A stretch of DNA of 64,000 nucleotides from Bacteroidaceae bacterium (GCA_016292045.1 JAEEZX010000006.1:7757-71756); one strand, 5' to 3'. Numbered from the stretch's first letter, positions 18,544 to 28,281 are shown. Numbers and translations: made by a program. Notes: a model not told the origin generated them from the letters alone.

Positions 18544-21051
18544 ATGAAAAATACCCTATTTATTTCCGCTTTTCTCTGTTTTTTTCTAATTAATATTTCT
18601 GCCGTTGAAAGACGCGACTCCCTGCTTTCCGAATGGCGTTTCCACCTTGGGGAAGTAGAAGGAGGCGAACTGGAAAATCTGGATGACAGTCAGTGGGAGC
18701 AGGTAAACGTTCCCCACGATTGGGCTATCGCCATGCCCTTTTCCGGAGACAATGATTTACAAAACGTTGCAGTGAAGCAAAACGGAGAATCCGTTGCCAC
18801 TTTGAAGACCGGTCGCACAGGCGGCCTGCCCTGGATGGGAACAGGCTGGTATCGCACCCGTTTCCTCACTCCTCAGGGGACGGGAAAGTCAAAAGGTTCC
18901 GTCACGCTGCTTGTCGACGGTGCCATGTCCCACTCCCTGGTCTTCATCAACGGACAGCGCCTCGGCATCTGGCCTTACGGCTACAACAGTTACACCTTCG
19001 ACCTCACTCCCTACCTGAAGGACAACGGCGAGGCCAACACTCTGGCCATCCGCCTGAACAATCCCAGCGAGAGCAGCCGCTGGTATCCGGGAGCAGGACT
19101 TTTCCGCAGGGTCCACCTCATATCCGCCGCGAAGTTGCACGTCCCCGTGTGGGGAACGAGTGTTGTCACCACCCCCAAAGACGAGGCCTCTTGGGATGTG
19201 CTTCTCACCACTGCCATCGCAGGGACATCCACCTATAAAATCATCGTAGAGACGAAAATCCTCGACAGAAAAGGGAACGTTGTCGCCTCCAACACCGACT
19301 TCACATCTCCCGGAAATGACGGGAAGACCGAGATGATTCAGCATTTCACCGTCTCGCAGCCCGAACTGTGGACTCCGGAGACGCCGCATCTCTACCGCGC
19401 CTGCTCGCGCATCATAGAAAACGGAGCTGTCGTCGACACCTTTACCACGAGTTTCGGAATTCGGCAAGTGGAGCTGAAACAGGGAGAAGGCTTCTTCCTC
19501 AACGGGGAGAAACGCAAGTTCCGCGGCGTATGCCTCCACCACGACCTCGGTCCTCTGGGAGCAGCCGTCCACAGGGATGCCCTGCGCCACCAGCTTCTCA
19601 TGCTGAAAGCAATGGGAGCAGACGCCATCCGCACCGCCCACAACATGCCCGACCCGCAACAGGTTGAGCTGTGCGACTCCATCGGTCTGATGGTGATGGT
19701 GGAATCCTTCGACGAATGGACCGTCGCCAAATGCAAGAACGGCTATCATTGCTGGTTCAACGAGATAACCCAGACTCCGAAATCCGAATACCCGATGGTG
19801 TGGGCTCAGCACGACATCAGGAACATGATAATGAATTTCCGCAACCATCCCTCCGTTGTCATGTGGAGCATCGGCAACGAGATACCCCAGCAGCACACGG
19901 AGGAAGGCAAGGAACTGGCCAAGGCCATGCAGTTCTTCTGTCATGAGCAGGACCCCACCCGCCCCGTGACGTGCGGCATGGATCAGGTGCAGAGCATCCT
20001 GCGCAGCGGTTTTGCCGACGCCCTCGACGTGCCCGGTCTGAACTATCGCACACACCTCTACGAGAAAGCCTACGAGACGCTTCCGCAAAAGTTCATTCTC
20101 GGTTCGGAGACAGCCTCCACCGTATCTTCACGCGGCGTGTATTACCTTCCCTTCGCCCTGCGCAAGGGTGCCAAGCACGACGGCCATCAGTCTTCCGGCT
20201 ACGACACCGAAGCATGTTCGTGGAGCAATGTTCCCGACGAGGATTTCCGTCTGCAGGACGACTTCGACTGGACGATGGGACAGTTCGTATGGACCGGTTT
20301 CGACTATCTCGGCGAGCCCTCTCCCTACGACACCGACGCCTGGCCCAGCCACTCCTCCCTCTTCGGCATCATCGACCTTGCCTCCATCCCCAAGGACCGC
20401 TACTACCTCTATCAGAGTCAGTGGTGCGACTCCGGCACATTCCACGTGCTGCCCCACTGGAACTGGAATGCGGGCGACACCATCCCTGTGGTGGCCTACA
20501 GCCAGTGTCCCGCAGCGCGGCTCTACGTCAACGGCAAACTGCACGGAGAGGTTCGCAAACTCTCCCGCGAGGAAAGCGAGGCGCTGAAAGACAAAGACCC
20601 GCTGTGGCTTCTCAAGCGCTACAGACTCATCTGGCCGGCAGTGCCGTATCAGGCGGGAGAACTCAAGGTGGAGTTCCTGGATTCCAAGGGCAATGTCGTC
20701 CACACAACGACAAGGCACACCGCCTCCAAGCCTCACCATCTGCAGCTTGAGACATCCTACTATACTCCGGGCGACAATCTCTGCTACATCACCGTATCTA
20801 TGGTGGACAAGAAAGGCGTGCTGTGTCCCGACGGCAATTCCCTCGTGGAATTCTCCGTGAGCGGCAACGGCCGTTTCAAGGCAGCGGCAAACGGCGACCC
20901 CACCTCACTGGACCCGCTGCAGCAGCCCCGTATGCATCTCTTCTCCGGTCAGTGTACGGTGATTGTGGAGACAGACGGCAGCGGAGCCTTCACGCTCACT
21001 GCCGCCAGCGGTAAGATAAAGGGGCGCATCACTGTTCCCGCAGGTCGTTGA
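18544..21051 (+). CDS. Glycoside hydrolase family 2 protein, secreted
   Basis: Start at MKNTLFISAFLCFFLINISA (signal peptide). GH2 motifs VPHDW, WSIGNEI and ILGSETAS. The 3' end overlaps tcdA convergently by 23 nt. Confidence 0.85.
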   Translation: MKNTLFISAFLCFFLINISAVERRDSLLSEWRFHLGEVEGGELENLDDSQWEQVNVPHDWAIAMPFSGDNDLQNVAVKQNGESVATLKTGRTGGLPWMGTGWYRTRFLTPQGTGKSKGSVTLLVDGAMSHSLVFINGQRLGIWPYGYNSYTFDLTPYLKDNGEANTLAIRLNNPSESSRWYPGAGLFRRVHLISAAKLHVPVWGTSVVTTPKDEASWDVLLTTAIAGTSTYKIIVETKILDRKGNVVASNTDFTSPGNDGKTEMIQHFTVSQPELWTPETPHLYRACSRIIENGAVVDTFTTSFGIRQVELKQGEGFFLNGEKRKFRGVCLHHDLGPLGAAVHRDALRHQLLMLKAMGADAIRTAHNMPDPQQVELCDSIGLMVMVESFDEWTVAKCKNGYHCWFNEITQTPKSEYPMVWAQHDIRNMIMNFRNHPSVVMWSIGNEIPQQHTEEGKELAKAMQFFCHEQDPTRPVTCGMDQVQSILRSGFADALDVPGLNYRTHLYEKAYETLPQKFILGSETASTVSSRGVYYLPFALRKGAKHDGHQSSGYDTEACSWSNVPDEDFRLQDDFDWTMGQFVWTGFDYLGEPSPYDTDAWPSHSSLFGIIDLASIPKDRYYLYQSQWCDSGTFHVLPHWNWNAGDTIPVVAYSQCPAARLYVNGKLHGEVRKLSREESEALKDKDPLWLLKRYRLIWPAVPYQAGELKVEFLDSKGNVVHTTTRHTASKPHHLQLETSYYTPGDNLCYITVSMVDKKGVLCPDGNSLVEFSVSGNGRFKAAANGDPTSLDPLQQPRMHLFSGQCTVIVETDGSGAFTLTAASGKIKGRITVPAGR

Positions 21052-21724
21052 CCACCAGCGATGCCAGCGTCACACCGAAAGCGGCTGTCACCTGCATCAG
21101 ACTACCGTTGCCGTCGGCCTCAAAGCAGTTTCTGCCGGCAGCCTCTTCGCTGTAGACACACTTGAATTTTCTCTTCGGGAAGCGTTCCTGTTTCTTGAAA
21201 TTTGTGCGCAGGGCTCTTGCTAAGGCATCGCCCTTCACCTTCCAGAATTCCGTCACGCGGACTTGTGTCGGGTCTGTCCTCAGTGCAGCGCCCATACTGC
21301 AGAAGAGTTTGCCTCCGGAATTCTCCAGCGCCCTGCATATCAGGTCGGCCTTATCCCTCAGCGAATCAATGCAGTCCACCACGTAGTCATAGTCCCCCAG
21401 ATGGAAGCCATCGGCGGTCTCCGAGGTATAGCGCTGCGTCAGCGCCGTGATTTCCGCCTCCGGGTTTATTTCGTGCAGTCTTTCTGCCAGCACCTCCACC
21501 TTCGGTCTGCCGATTGTCCTGGTGGTGGCCATCAGCTGCCTGTTGCAGTTCGACTCCGCCACCTCGTCGCTGTCCACCATCGTGAGATGGCCTAATCCCG
21601 TGCGAATCAGGGCTTCGGCGCACCAGGAACCCACTCCGCCGACACCAAAAATAATGACGCGAACCTCTTTGAGCCGCGTCATAACCTCATCGCCTAAAAT
21701 AAGTCTTGATCTTATCTCCCTCAT
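21029..21724 (-). CDS. tcdA: tRNA threonylcarbamoyladenosine dehydratase (ThiF/E1-like)
   Basis: 231 aa. The Rossmann motif FGVGGVGSW, NRQL and overall ThiF-family layout are typical of TcdA/CsdL. Confidence 0.75.
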   Translation of the reverse strand: MREIRSRLILGDEVMTRLKEVRVIIFGVGGVGSWCAEALIRTGLGHLTMVDSDEVAESNCNRQLMATTRTIGRPKVEVLAERLHEINPEAEITALTQRYTSETADGFHLGDYDYVVDCIDSLRDKADLICRALENSGGKLFCSMGAALRTDPTQVRVTEFWKVKGDALARALRTNFKKQERFPKRKFKCVYSEEAAGRNCFEADGNGSLMQVTAAFGVTLASLVVNDLREQ

Positions 21725-21728
21725 CGCG

Positions 21729-21802
21729 TAGCGGGAAAGGGACTTGAACCCTTGACCTTCGGATTATGAATCCGACGCTCTAACCAGCTGAGCTATCCCG
21801 CC
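21729..21802 (-). tRNA. tRNA with CAT anticodon (elongator Met, or Ile2 if lysidinylated)
   Basis: The minus strand folds as a 74-nt cloverleaf: GGCGGGA TA GCTC AGCTGGTTA GAGC G TCGGA TTCATAA TCCGA AGGTC AAGGG TTCAAGT CCCTT TCCCGCT A. The anticodon stem lacks the initiator GGG/CCC signature. CCA is not encoded. Confidence 0.9.
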
Positions 21803-21818
21803 TTTTCCAAAAGCGGTG

Positions 21819-21826
21819 CAAAGGTA
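21819..21826 (-). promoter_or_regulatory. -7 promoter box (TACCTTTG on minus strand) for tRNA-tcdA
   Basis: Plus strand reads CAAAGGTA, 17 nt upstream of the tRNA 5' end. Confidence 0.5.
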
Positions 21827-21890
21827 TGACAAATAATCTAAACAAGCAAACTTTTTGGCAACAAAATTAATCAATATGCCCATTTTTTTG

Positions 21891-21898
21891 TAATTTTG
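21891..21898 (+). promoter_or_regulatory. -7 promoter box TAATTTTG
   Basis: Match to TAnnTTTG 29 nt before the ATG at 21927. Confidence 0.5.
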
Positions 21899-21926
21899 CG
21901 CCGTCAATTGTGCGTACACGCGGGAC

Positions 21927-23882
21927 ATGCGTATGAGAATGAGGATAATACGACGACTAGACTGGTATGTGTTGAGGAGTTATCTGCTCCTCTTCGCCGG
22001 CACTTTCTTTGTCTGTCTGTTCATTTTCATGCTGCAGTTCCTCTGGCGCTACGTCGACGACCTCGTGGGAAAGGGTCTTTCGTGGCTGGTGCTGGGCAAG
22101 TTTTTCTTCTATGCTTCGCTCACTCTGGTGCCCATGTCCCTGCCCCTCGCCGTGCTGCTTGCCTCGCTCATCTCGTTCGGCAACATGGGTGAAAAGCTCG
22201 AGCTGCTCTCCATGAAAGCCGCCGGCGTGCCCCTGGTGCGCATCATCCTGCCGGTGCTCATCTTCGCCATACTGATATCCTTCGGCAGTTTCTTCTTCCA
22301 GAACCGTGTGGGCCCCGAGGCCACGCGCCAGCTGGCCACCCTGCTGTGGAGCATGCGCCAGAAGAATCCCGAGGTGGAGATTCCCGAAGGCATCTTCTAC
22401 AGCGACATCCCCGGCTACAATCTCTTCGTCGAGCGCAAGAACAAGGAGACCGGCATGCTCTACGGCATGATGATATACACCACCGGCGGCGGTCTCGACA
22501 ACACGCAGATAGTCCTTGCCGACTCAGCCCGCATGCAGTCCACGGAAGACCACATGCACCTTAAGATGACGCTCTACAGCGGCGAGCGTTTCCGCAATAT
22601 GGATGCGCAGAGCGGCAAGATGCTCCGGGCCTCCATCCCTTACATGCGCGAGACCTTCGTCAGGGAAGTGGACATCATACAGTTCGACAACAACTTCTCG
22701 ATGATGGATGCCAACCTCTTCAACAACAACGCCCAGACGAAAGACCTCGCGGCCATAGAGTACGGCATCGACTCCCTCTCCCAGAAACTGGATTCCATGG
22801 GCCATACCTTCTACGCCAACACCCGCTCCTACTATCTCATGAGGGACCTGCCGAAGGGAGGCAAGGACAGTGTCTCGCACGCGCAGCGTGTGGAGCACAT
22901 GCTCAGCGTGGCCTCTCCCATGGACTCCGTGCTCTCGGCCCAGTCCACCGAGGACCAGCAGCGCACACTGCGCGCCGCCACCAGCAGGGCCCACTCCACG
23001 CTCTCGGAGTTCGAGTTCCGCGGCATCTTCACGGAAAACGTGAATATGTCTCTGCGCACCCACCTTCTCGAGTGGCAGCGCAAGTTCTCGCTCTCCCTGG
23101 CCTGCCTGATATTCTTCTTCATCGGCGCTCCGCTCGGTGCCATCATACGCAAGGGCGGCCTCGGCGTGCCGGTTGTCGTCTCCGTGCTGATATTCATCTT
23201 CTACTATATCATCAACGTGGCCGGCGAGAAGATGGCAAAGCAGGGCGAATGGAACATGTTCTTCGGCGCCTGGCTCTCGTCCATGATACTGGCACCCATC
23301 GGCGCGTTCCTCATCAGCCGTGCCAACAAGGACTCCATGGTGTTCAACATCGAGGGCTACCGCCATTTCTTCATGACGGTGCTCGGTCTGCGCTACACCC
23401 GCAAAATCATGCGCAAGGAGGTCATCATCGAGGAGCCCGACTACCCGCGTCTCATCACGGAGCTGCACACCCTTGCCGCCGACTGCAAGCGCTATCAGGA
23501 GATACACCATCTGCGCCGCTTCCCCTCCTACTGGCGCCTGTTCTTCCGCTATCGCGAGGACCGCGAGGTGATACGCATCTCCGAGAAGCTGGAACAGATT
23601 ATCGAGGAACTGCACAATTCGCGCGACAACGTCGTCATCGGCGGCATCAACGAATACCCCATACTCGTGCCCGACGCCCACACGCGTCCCTTCCACTCCG
23701 GCCGTCTGTGCCTTGCCGCAGGACTGTTCCTGCCTCTGGGCATATTCTTCTGGTTCAGGGTGTGGCGCTTCCGCATACGTCTGTGGCGCGACTTCTCGCA
23801 GATACAGAAACTCTCGCCCATGATTGCGGAGCGTATCGAACTGCATGTACTATCACAGGAAATATCGGATAAACTATCATAA
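21927..23882 (+). CDS. LptF/LptG family permease (long Bacteroidetes form)
   Basis: 651 aa. N-terminal [25 protein letters not shown] is typical of YjgP/YjgQ permeases. Multiple TM segments. Confidence 0.75.
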   Translation: MRMRMRIIRRLDWYVLRSYLLLFAGTFFVCLFIFMLQFLWRYVDDLVGKGLSWLVLGKFFFYASLTLVPMSLPLAVLLASLISFGNMGEKLELLSMKAAGVPLVRIILPVLIFAILISFGSFFFQNRVGPEATRQLATLLWSMRQKNPEVEIPEGIFYSDIPGYNLFVERKNKETGMLYGMMIYTTGGGLDNTQIVLADSARMQSTEDHMHLKMTLYSGERFRNMDAQSGKMLRASIPYMRETFVREVDIIQFDNNFSMMDANLFNNNAQTKDLAAIEYGIDSLSQKLDSMGHTFYANTRSYYLMRDLPKGGKDSVSHAQRVEHMLSVASPMDSVLSAQSTEDQQRTLRAATSRAHSTLSEFEFRGIFTENVNMSLRTHLLEWQRKFSLSLACLIFFFIGAPLGAIIRKGGLGVPVVVSVLIFIFYYIINVAGEKMAKQGEWNMFFGAWLSSMILAPIGAFLISRANKDSMVFNIEGYRHFFMTVLGLRYTRKIMRKEVIIEEPDYPRLITELHTLAADCKRYQEIHHLRRFPSYWRLFFRYREDREVIRISEKLEQIIEELHNSRDNVVIGGINEYPILVPDAHTRPFHSGRLCLAAGLFLPLGIFFWFRVWRFRIRLWRDFSQIQKLSPMIAERIELHVLSQEISDKLS

Positions 23883-25084
23883 TGAAACAAACAGCAATCA
23901 GTCAAATAGAGGCAGCTCTTGATGATTTCAAGGCCGGCAAGTTCGTCATCGTGGTGGATGATGAGGATCGCGAGAACGAGGGCGACTTCATCACCGCAGC
24001 CGAGATGATTACGCCGGAGAAGGTCAACTTCATGCTGCAGAACGGGCGCGGCGTGCTCTGCGCTCCCATCACCATATCGCGGGCCCACGAACTGGAGCTC
24101 AGCCGTCAGGTGGAGGAGAACACCTCCATGCTGGGCACTCCGTTCACCGTCACGGTGGACCTTCTCAAGGGGTGCACCACGGGCGTCTCCGCCCACGACC
24201 GCGCAGCCACCATACGCGCTCTGGCCGACCCCGCGAGCAAGCCCTCCGACTTCGGCCGCCCGGGCCACATCAACCCCCTCTACGCCCAGGACAAGGGCGT
24301 CCTGCGCCGCGCCGGCCACACGGAGGCAGCCATCGACCTGGCACGCCTCTCCGGACTGCAGCCTGCCGCAGCCCTCATCGAGATACTCAATCCCGACGGC
24401 ACCATGGCACGCATGCCGCAGCTTGAGGAGGTGGCCCGTCAGTTCGGCCTCAGGATAATCACCATCCGCGACCTCATCGCCTACCGCCTGCAGCGCGAGA
24501 GCCTTGTGGAGCGCGGCAGCGAGGCCGACCTCCCCACCCAGTGGGGCCATTTCCGCATCATACCCTTCCGCCAGATATCCAACGGCCTCGAACACGTGGC
24601 CATCATCAAGGGCACATGGGAGGAGGGCGAACCCGTCCTCGTGCGCATGCATTCCTCCTGCGCCACGGGCGACATCTTCGGCAGCCAGCGCTGCGACTGC
24701 GGCGCACAGCTCCACCGCTCCATGCAGATGATTGAGGAGGCGGGCAAGGGAGCCGTCATCTATCTCATGCAGGAGGGACGAGGCATCGGCCTCATGAACA
24801 AGATTGCGGCATACGTCCTGCAGGAACAGGGCGACGACACCGTGGATGCCAACCTCCACCTGGGCTTCAAGGCCGACGAGAGGGACTACGGCGTGGGCGC
24901 ACAGATACTGCGCTCGCTGGGACTCTCCAAGATACGCCTCATCACCAACAACCCCGTCAAGCGCGTGGGCCTGGAGGGCTACGGACTGGAAATCGTGGAG
25001 AACGTGCCCATCGTCGTGGAGCCCAATCCCTACAACAAACGCTATCTCGAAACAAAACGTGTCCGCATGGGCCATAAACTATAA
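23882..25084 (+). CDS. ribBA: Bifunctional 3,4-dihydroxy-2-butanone-4-phosphate synthase / GTP cyclohydrolase II
   Basis: 400 aa. DRENEGD (DHBP synthase) and [18 protein letters not shown] plus QEGRGIGL (GCH II). The start overlaps the upstream stop (TAATG). Confidence 0.95.
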   Translation: MKQTAISQIEAALDDFKAGKFVIVVDDEDRENEGDFITAAEMITPEKVNFMLQNGRGVLCAPITISRAHELELSRQVEENTSMLGTPFTVTVDLLKGCTTGVSAHDRAATIRALADPASKPSDFGRPGHINPLYAQDKGVLRRAGHTEAAIDLARLSGLQPAAALIEILNPDGTMARMPQLEEVARQFGLRIITIRDLIAYRLQRESLVERGSEADLPTQWGHFRIIPFRQISNGLEHVAIIKGTWEEGEPVLVRMHSSCATGDIFGSQRCDCGAQLHRSMQMIEEAGKGAVIYLMQEGRGIGLMNKIAAYVLQEQGDDTVDANLHLGFKADERDYGVGAQILRSLGLSKIRLITNNPVKRVGLEGYGLEIVENVPIVVEPNPYNKRYLETKRVRMGHKL

Positions 25085-25110
25085 AAAAAACCAATAAAAC
25101 CGAAATAACA

Positions 25111-26304
25111 ATGAACAGTCTCTCAGAAAGATTAAACCGCCTGGCTCCCAGTGCCACACTGGCAATGAGCCAGAAGAGCAGCGAACTGAAAGCTCAGGGC
25201 GTTGATGTCATCAACATGAGTGTCGGCGAACCCGACTTCAACACACCCGACCACATCAAGCGTGCAGCCATCAAGGCTGTCGAGGACAACTGGACCCGCT
25301 ACAGCCCCGTGCCGGGCTATCCCGAACTCAAGAAGGCCATCGTGGCCAAGCTCAAGAACGAGAACGGCCTCGACTACGCTCCCTCGCAGATTCTCTGCAG
25401 CAACGGCGCCAAGCAGTCGGTCTGCAATGCCATTATGGCTCTTGTGAATGCCGGCGACGAGGTCATCATCCCCGCCCCCTACTGGGTGAGCTATCCCCAG
25501 ATGGTGCTGCTGGCCGAGGGCACACCCGTCTATGTGGCATGCGGCATCGAGCAGGACTTCAAGATGACTCCCGAGCAGCTTGAGAAGGCCATCACGCCCA
25601 AGACGCGCGCCCTCATCCTCTGCTCTCCCTCCAACCCCACCGGCAGCGTCTATTCCTCCGCCGAACTGGAGGCTCTCAAGGATGTGCTCCTGCGCCATCC
25701 CCGCGTCATCGTCATTGCCGACGAGATCTACGAGCATATCAACTACGTGGGCGCTCACGCCTCCATGGCCCAGTTCCCCGATATCAAGGAGCGCGTTGTC
25801 ATCATCAACGGTGTCTCCAAGGCCTATGCCATGACGGGCTGGCGTATCGGTTTCATTGCCGCTCCCGAGTGGATTGTCAAGGGCTGCAACAAGCTTCAGG
25901 GCCAGTACACATCGGGTCCCTGTTCCGTGTCGCAGAAGGCCGCCGAGGAGGCCTACTCCGGTCCTCAGGACTGTGTTGAGGAGATGCGTCAGGCTTTCGA
26001 GCGCCGCAAGAACCTCATCGTGTCTCTGGCGAAGGAGATTCCCGGTCTTGAGGTGAACGACCCCCAGGGTGCTTTCTATCTCTTCCCCAAGTGCAGCAGC
26101 TTCTACGGCAAGAGTGCGGAGGGTCGCACCATCAATAATTCTACCGACCTCGCCATGTATCTCCTCGAGGTGGGTCATGTGGCCACTGTGGGCGGTGATG
26201 CTTTCGGCAGCCCCGAGTGCTTCCGCATGAGCTATGCCACCAGCGATGACAACATCCGCGAGGCCATGCGCCGCATCAAGGAGTGCCTCGCCCACTTGCA
26301 GTAA
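25111..26304 (+). CDS. aspC: Aspartate/aromatic aminotransferase, PLP-dependent class I
   Basis: 397 aa. GEPDF, PNNPTG-like SPSNPTG and the SKAYAMTGWR lysine motif. Confidence 0.8.
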   Translation: MNSLSERLNRLAPSATLAMSQKSSELKAQGVDVINMSVGEPDFNTPDHIKRAAIKAVEDNWTRYSPVPGYPELKKAIVAKLKNENGLDYAPSQILCSNGAKQSVCNAIMALVNAGDEVIIPAPYWVSYPQMVLLAEGTPVYVACGIEQDFKMTPEQLEKAITPKTRALILCSPSNPTGSVYSSAELEALKDVLLRHPRVIVIADEIYEHINYVGAHASMAQFPDIKERVVIINGVSKAYAMTGWRIGFIAAPEWIVKGCNKLQGQYTSGPCSVSQKAAEEAYSGPQDCVEEMRQAFERRKNLIVSLAKEIPGLEVNDPQGAFYLFPKCSSFYGKSAEGRTINNSTDLAMYLLEVGHVATVGGDAFGSPECFRMSYATSDDNIREAMRRIKECLAHLQ

Positions 26305-26332
26305 TACCTTATATAAATAATAAGAAGCAAAA

Positions 26333-26361
26333 GCCACCTCACGCATGTGAAGTGGCTTTTT
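26333..26361 (+). terminator. Rho-independent terminator after the aminotransferase gene
   Basis: GCCACCTCAC-GCAT-GTGAAGTGGC (10-bp stem, one mismatch) followed by TTTTT. Confidence 0.75.
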
Positions 26362-26419
26362 GTATTTCGGACAATCGGACAAGTGGACTGGAATATTTTG
26401 TGCTGTCACGTAGCACAAA

Positions 26420-26447
26420 AAATAAAAAACTAAGAACTAAGAGTTAA
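26420..26447. repeat. Period-7 purine-rich tandem array (CTAAGAA CTAAGAG TTAAGAA TGAAAGT)
   Basis: Read directly. It lies 25 nt beyond the coaE stop codon (26472-26474, minus strand). Stop triplets occur every 7 nt on both strands. Confidence 0.7.
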
Positions 26448-26471
26448 GAATGAAAGTAACAACTTGTGCCC

Positions 26472-26987
26472 TTACGGATTGTCGATGATGCGGTCGGGAT
26501 GAGAGCAGGGCTTCTGGCGGCTGATGCGCTGTAGAACCTGTTCGCGGGTGCAGCCGTCGCGCTCCATAACCCTGCGGATGCGCGTCTCAAGGGGAGCACG
26601 CACCTCCCAGAGCTCGTCGACACAGTCCCTCATGCCGGCCTCCTCCAGTATGGCAGACTCCATCACCACCTCATCGGCATTCTGACGCCCGCACCACGCC
26701 TCAAAATCGCGACGCACAGCAGGATGCACCACGGCATTCAAAGCCCTGAGATGGTCCTCGTCCGAGAAAAGCCACGCAGCAAGCCGGGGACGGTTCAAGC
26801 GGCCGTCGGGCAGATAAGCCTCATCACCGGCAAGGGCGATGACGGCAGCCTTCAGGTCCGCATCCTGCTCCTGCAGACGCCTGGCCTCGCGGTCGCAGTC
26901 GTAGACGGGCACTCCCCTCGCCTCCATCTGACGGCAGACAAAGCTCTTGCCGCTGCCGATGCCTCCTGTGATGCCGATACGCTTCAT
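26472..26987 (-). CDS. coaE: Dephospho-CoA kinase
   Basis: Internal ATG gives [15 protein letters not shown] (P-loop). This start overlaps the pth stop as ATGA. The longer ORF-track N-terminus overlaps pth and is not credible. Confidence 0.8.
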   Translation of the reverse strand: MKRIGITGGIGSGKSFVCRQMEARGVPVYDCDREARRLQEQDADLKAAVIALAGDEAYLPDGRLNRPRLAAWLFSDEDHLRALNAVVHPAVRRDFEAWCGRQNADEVVMESAILEEAGMRDCVDELWEVRAPLETRIRRVMERDGCTREQVLQRISRQKPCSHPDRIIDNP

Positions 26988-27547
26988 TTGTTGTTGTAGT
27001 TGCACATGGCAAACGACATGCCCGAGAGGCAGAACGCCTTGATGGCCTCCACAGCCACCAGAGCGCGCTCGTCGCACAGCTTGCTGTCCTCGGGAGAGAA
27101 ACGGCTGAGGACAAAGTCCACCTGCGCACCGCGCGGGAAATCGTTGCCGATGCCGAAACGCAGACGGTTGTAGGCCTCAGTGCCCAGAACGGAGGCGATA
27201 TGCTTGAGTCCGTTGTGACCCGCACTGGAACCGCTCTGCTTCATACGTATCGCACCCACGGGCAGCGAGAGGTCGTCCACCACCACGAGCATATTCTCCA
27301 GGGGTATCTTCTCCTCGTTGAGCCAGTAGCGCACGGCATTGCCGGAGAGGTTCATGAAGGTGGAGGGCTTCAGGAGCACCACCTCCGCATTCTTCACACG
27401 GCCGCGCCCTACAAAACCGTAGCGCTTGTCGGCAAAAGCAATGTTGGACACCTTAGCGAAGGCGTCCAACACTCTAAATCCTATGTTGTGGCGAGTTCCG
27501 TCGTATTCATCGCCGACGTTACCCAGCCCTACAATCAGATACTTCAT
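26984..27547 (-). CDS. pth: Peptidyl-tRNA hydrolase
   Basis: 187 aa. [19 protein letters not shown] and GHNGLK motifs. Confidence 0.9.
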   Translation of the reverse strand: MKYLIVGLGNVGDEYDGTRHNIGFRVLDAFAKVSNIAFADKRYGFVGRGRVKNAEVVLLKPSTFMNLSGNAVRYWLNEEKIPLENMLVVVDDLSLPVGAIRMKQSGSSAGHNGLKHIASVLGTEAYNRLRFGIGNDFPRGAQVDFVLSRFSPEDSKLCDERALVAVEAIKAFCLSGMSFAMCNYNNK

Positions 27548-28143
27548 TATGCTTCAGCAGCGGCAGCAGCGCTCTTGGCGTTACGTGTCATCTTAACCTG
27601 ACATACCACAACGCTGGGGCTGGTGATCATCTCGAGGCCTTCGAAGTTCAGCTCAGCAACCTTGATGGTCTTGCCAAGTCCGAGAGAGGTGACGTCGATG
27701 TTCAGCTTCTCGGGAATTGCTGTGTAGGGAGCCTTCACCTTGAGGCTGCGTACGTTGGCAGCCAGCTTACCACCGGCACGGACACCCTCGGCCAGACCGT
27801 TGAGCTTGATGGGCACAGCCATCACGATGGGCTTCTTCTCGGTGACTTCATAGAAGTCGATGTGAAGCAGCTGGTCGCTTACGGGGTGGAACTGCAGCTC
27901 TCTCATCACGGCCTTGCACTCCTTGCCGTCGATGTTGAGATTAACACAGAAGATATCGGGGCTGTATACCAGATTGCGCACCTCGTCGGCTGTCACGCTG
28001 AAGCTCTGAGCCACGGGATTGCCGTCCTTGTCCTTCTTCTCACCATACAGATTACATGGAATCATGCCCTGCTTGCGGAGCTGTGCGGTAGCCTTCTTAC
28101 CAGTCTCGGTACGCGTGGTACCCTTTACGTCGATTGTTTTCAT
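27547..28143 (-). CDS. rplY: 50S ribosomal protein L25 / general stress protein Ctc
   Basis: Start at [34 protein letters not shown], a typical L25 N-terminus. -7 box at 28207-28214. Confidence 0.85.
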   Translation of the reverse strand: MKTIDVKGTTRTETGKKATAQLRKQGMIPCNLYGEKKDKDGNPVAQSFSVTADEVRNLVYSPDIFCVNLNIDGKECKAVMRELQFHPVSDQLLHIDFYEVTEKKPIVMAVPIKLNGLAEGVRAGGKLAANVRSLKVKAPYTAIPEKLNIDVTSLGLGKTIKVAELNFEGLEMITSPSVVVCQVKMTRNAKSAAAAAEA

Positions 28144-28206
28144 TTTTTCTTGTTTTTGTGTTACTTTGTTTATACTATCATCACACTGTTTTGTGAAATT
28201 CGCGTG

Positions 28207-28214
28207 CAAAGGTA
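28207..28214 (-). promoter_or_regulatory. -7 promoter box (TACCTTTG on minus strand)
   Basis: Plus strand reads CAAAGGTA, about 64 nt upstream of the ATG at 28143. Confidence 0.5.
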
Positions 28215-28223
28215 CGGAAAATA

Positions 28224-28255
28224 GTTTAAAGTTTAAAGTTTAAAGTTTAAAGTTT
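28224..28255. repeat. Perfect heptamer tandem array (GTTTAAA x4 plus partial)
   Basis: Read directly. It lies between the HAD gene stop (28282-28284, minus strand) and the L25 promoter. TAA occurs every 7 nt on both strands. Confidence 0.9.
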
Positions 28256-28281
28256 TTGCGTTAAAGGGGCATTTTTGTGTC

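Noticed and set aside
21729-21930. tRNA gene as a possible integration hotspot. I looked for an integrase, direct repeats of the tRNA 3' end or an island boundary.
   Set aside because: Both flanks are housekeeping genes (tcdA and an LptF/G permease). I saw no integrase and no duplicated tRNA 3' segment.
23860-23890. Looked for an FMN riboswitch before ribBA, a TPP riboswitch before the thiE-like gene (56725-56732) and a cobalamin riboswitch before the TonB receptor locus (45579-45703).
   Set aside because: ribBA overlaps the upstream stop (TAATG). The thiE-like gene follows rpsP by 8 nt. The receptor locus has only about 34 nt between its -7 box and ATG. None leaves room for an aptamer.
26386-26412. 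Hairpin TTTTGTGCT-GTCACGT-AGCACAAAA in the aminotransferase/coaE convergent gap.
   Set aside because: On both strands the U-run precedes the stem and the A-run follows it, so it is not a canonical intrinsic terminator for either gene. It may still be structural but I cannot support a call.
22524-26418. Very long antisense ORFs opposite lptF/G, ribBA and the aminotransferase: 22524-23846 (440 aa), 23549-25075 (508 aa) and 25132-26418 (428 aa). Similar ones lie at 45716-47488 (590 aa), 18889-20088, 16674-17843 and 354-1268.
   Set aside because: For ribBA, the aminotransferase and the calycin/HmuY pair I checked that the antisense ORF is in exact codon register with the sense gene. Stops in that frame only arise from sense TTA, CTA and TCA codons, which these GC3-rich genes avoid. 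The translations are low-complexity, Arg/Gly/His/Ala-rich and without motifs. They are shadow ORFs, not genes.
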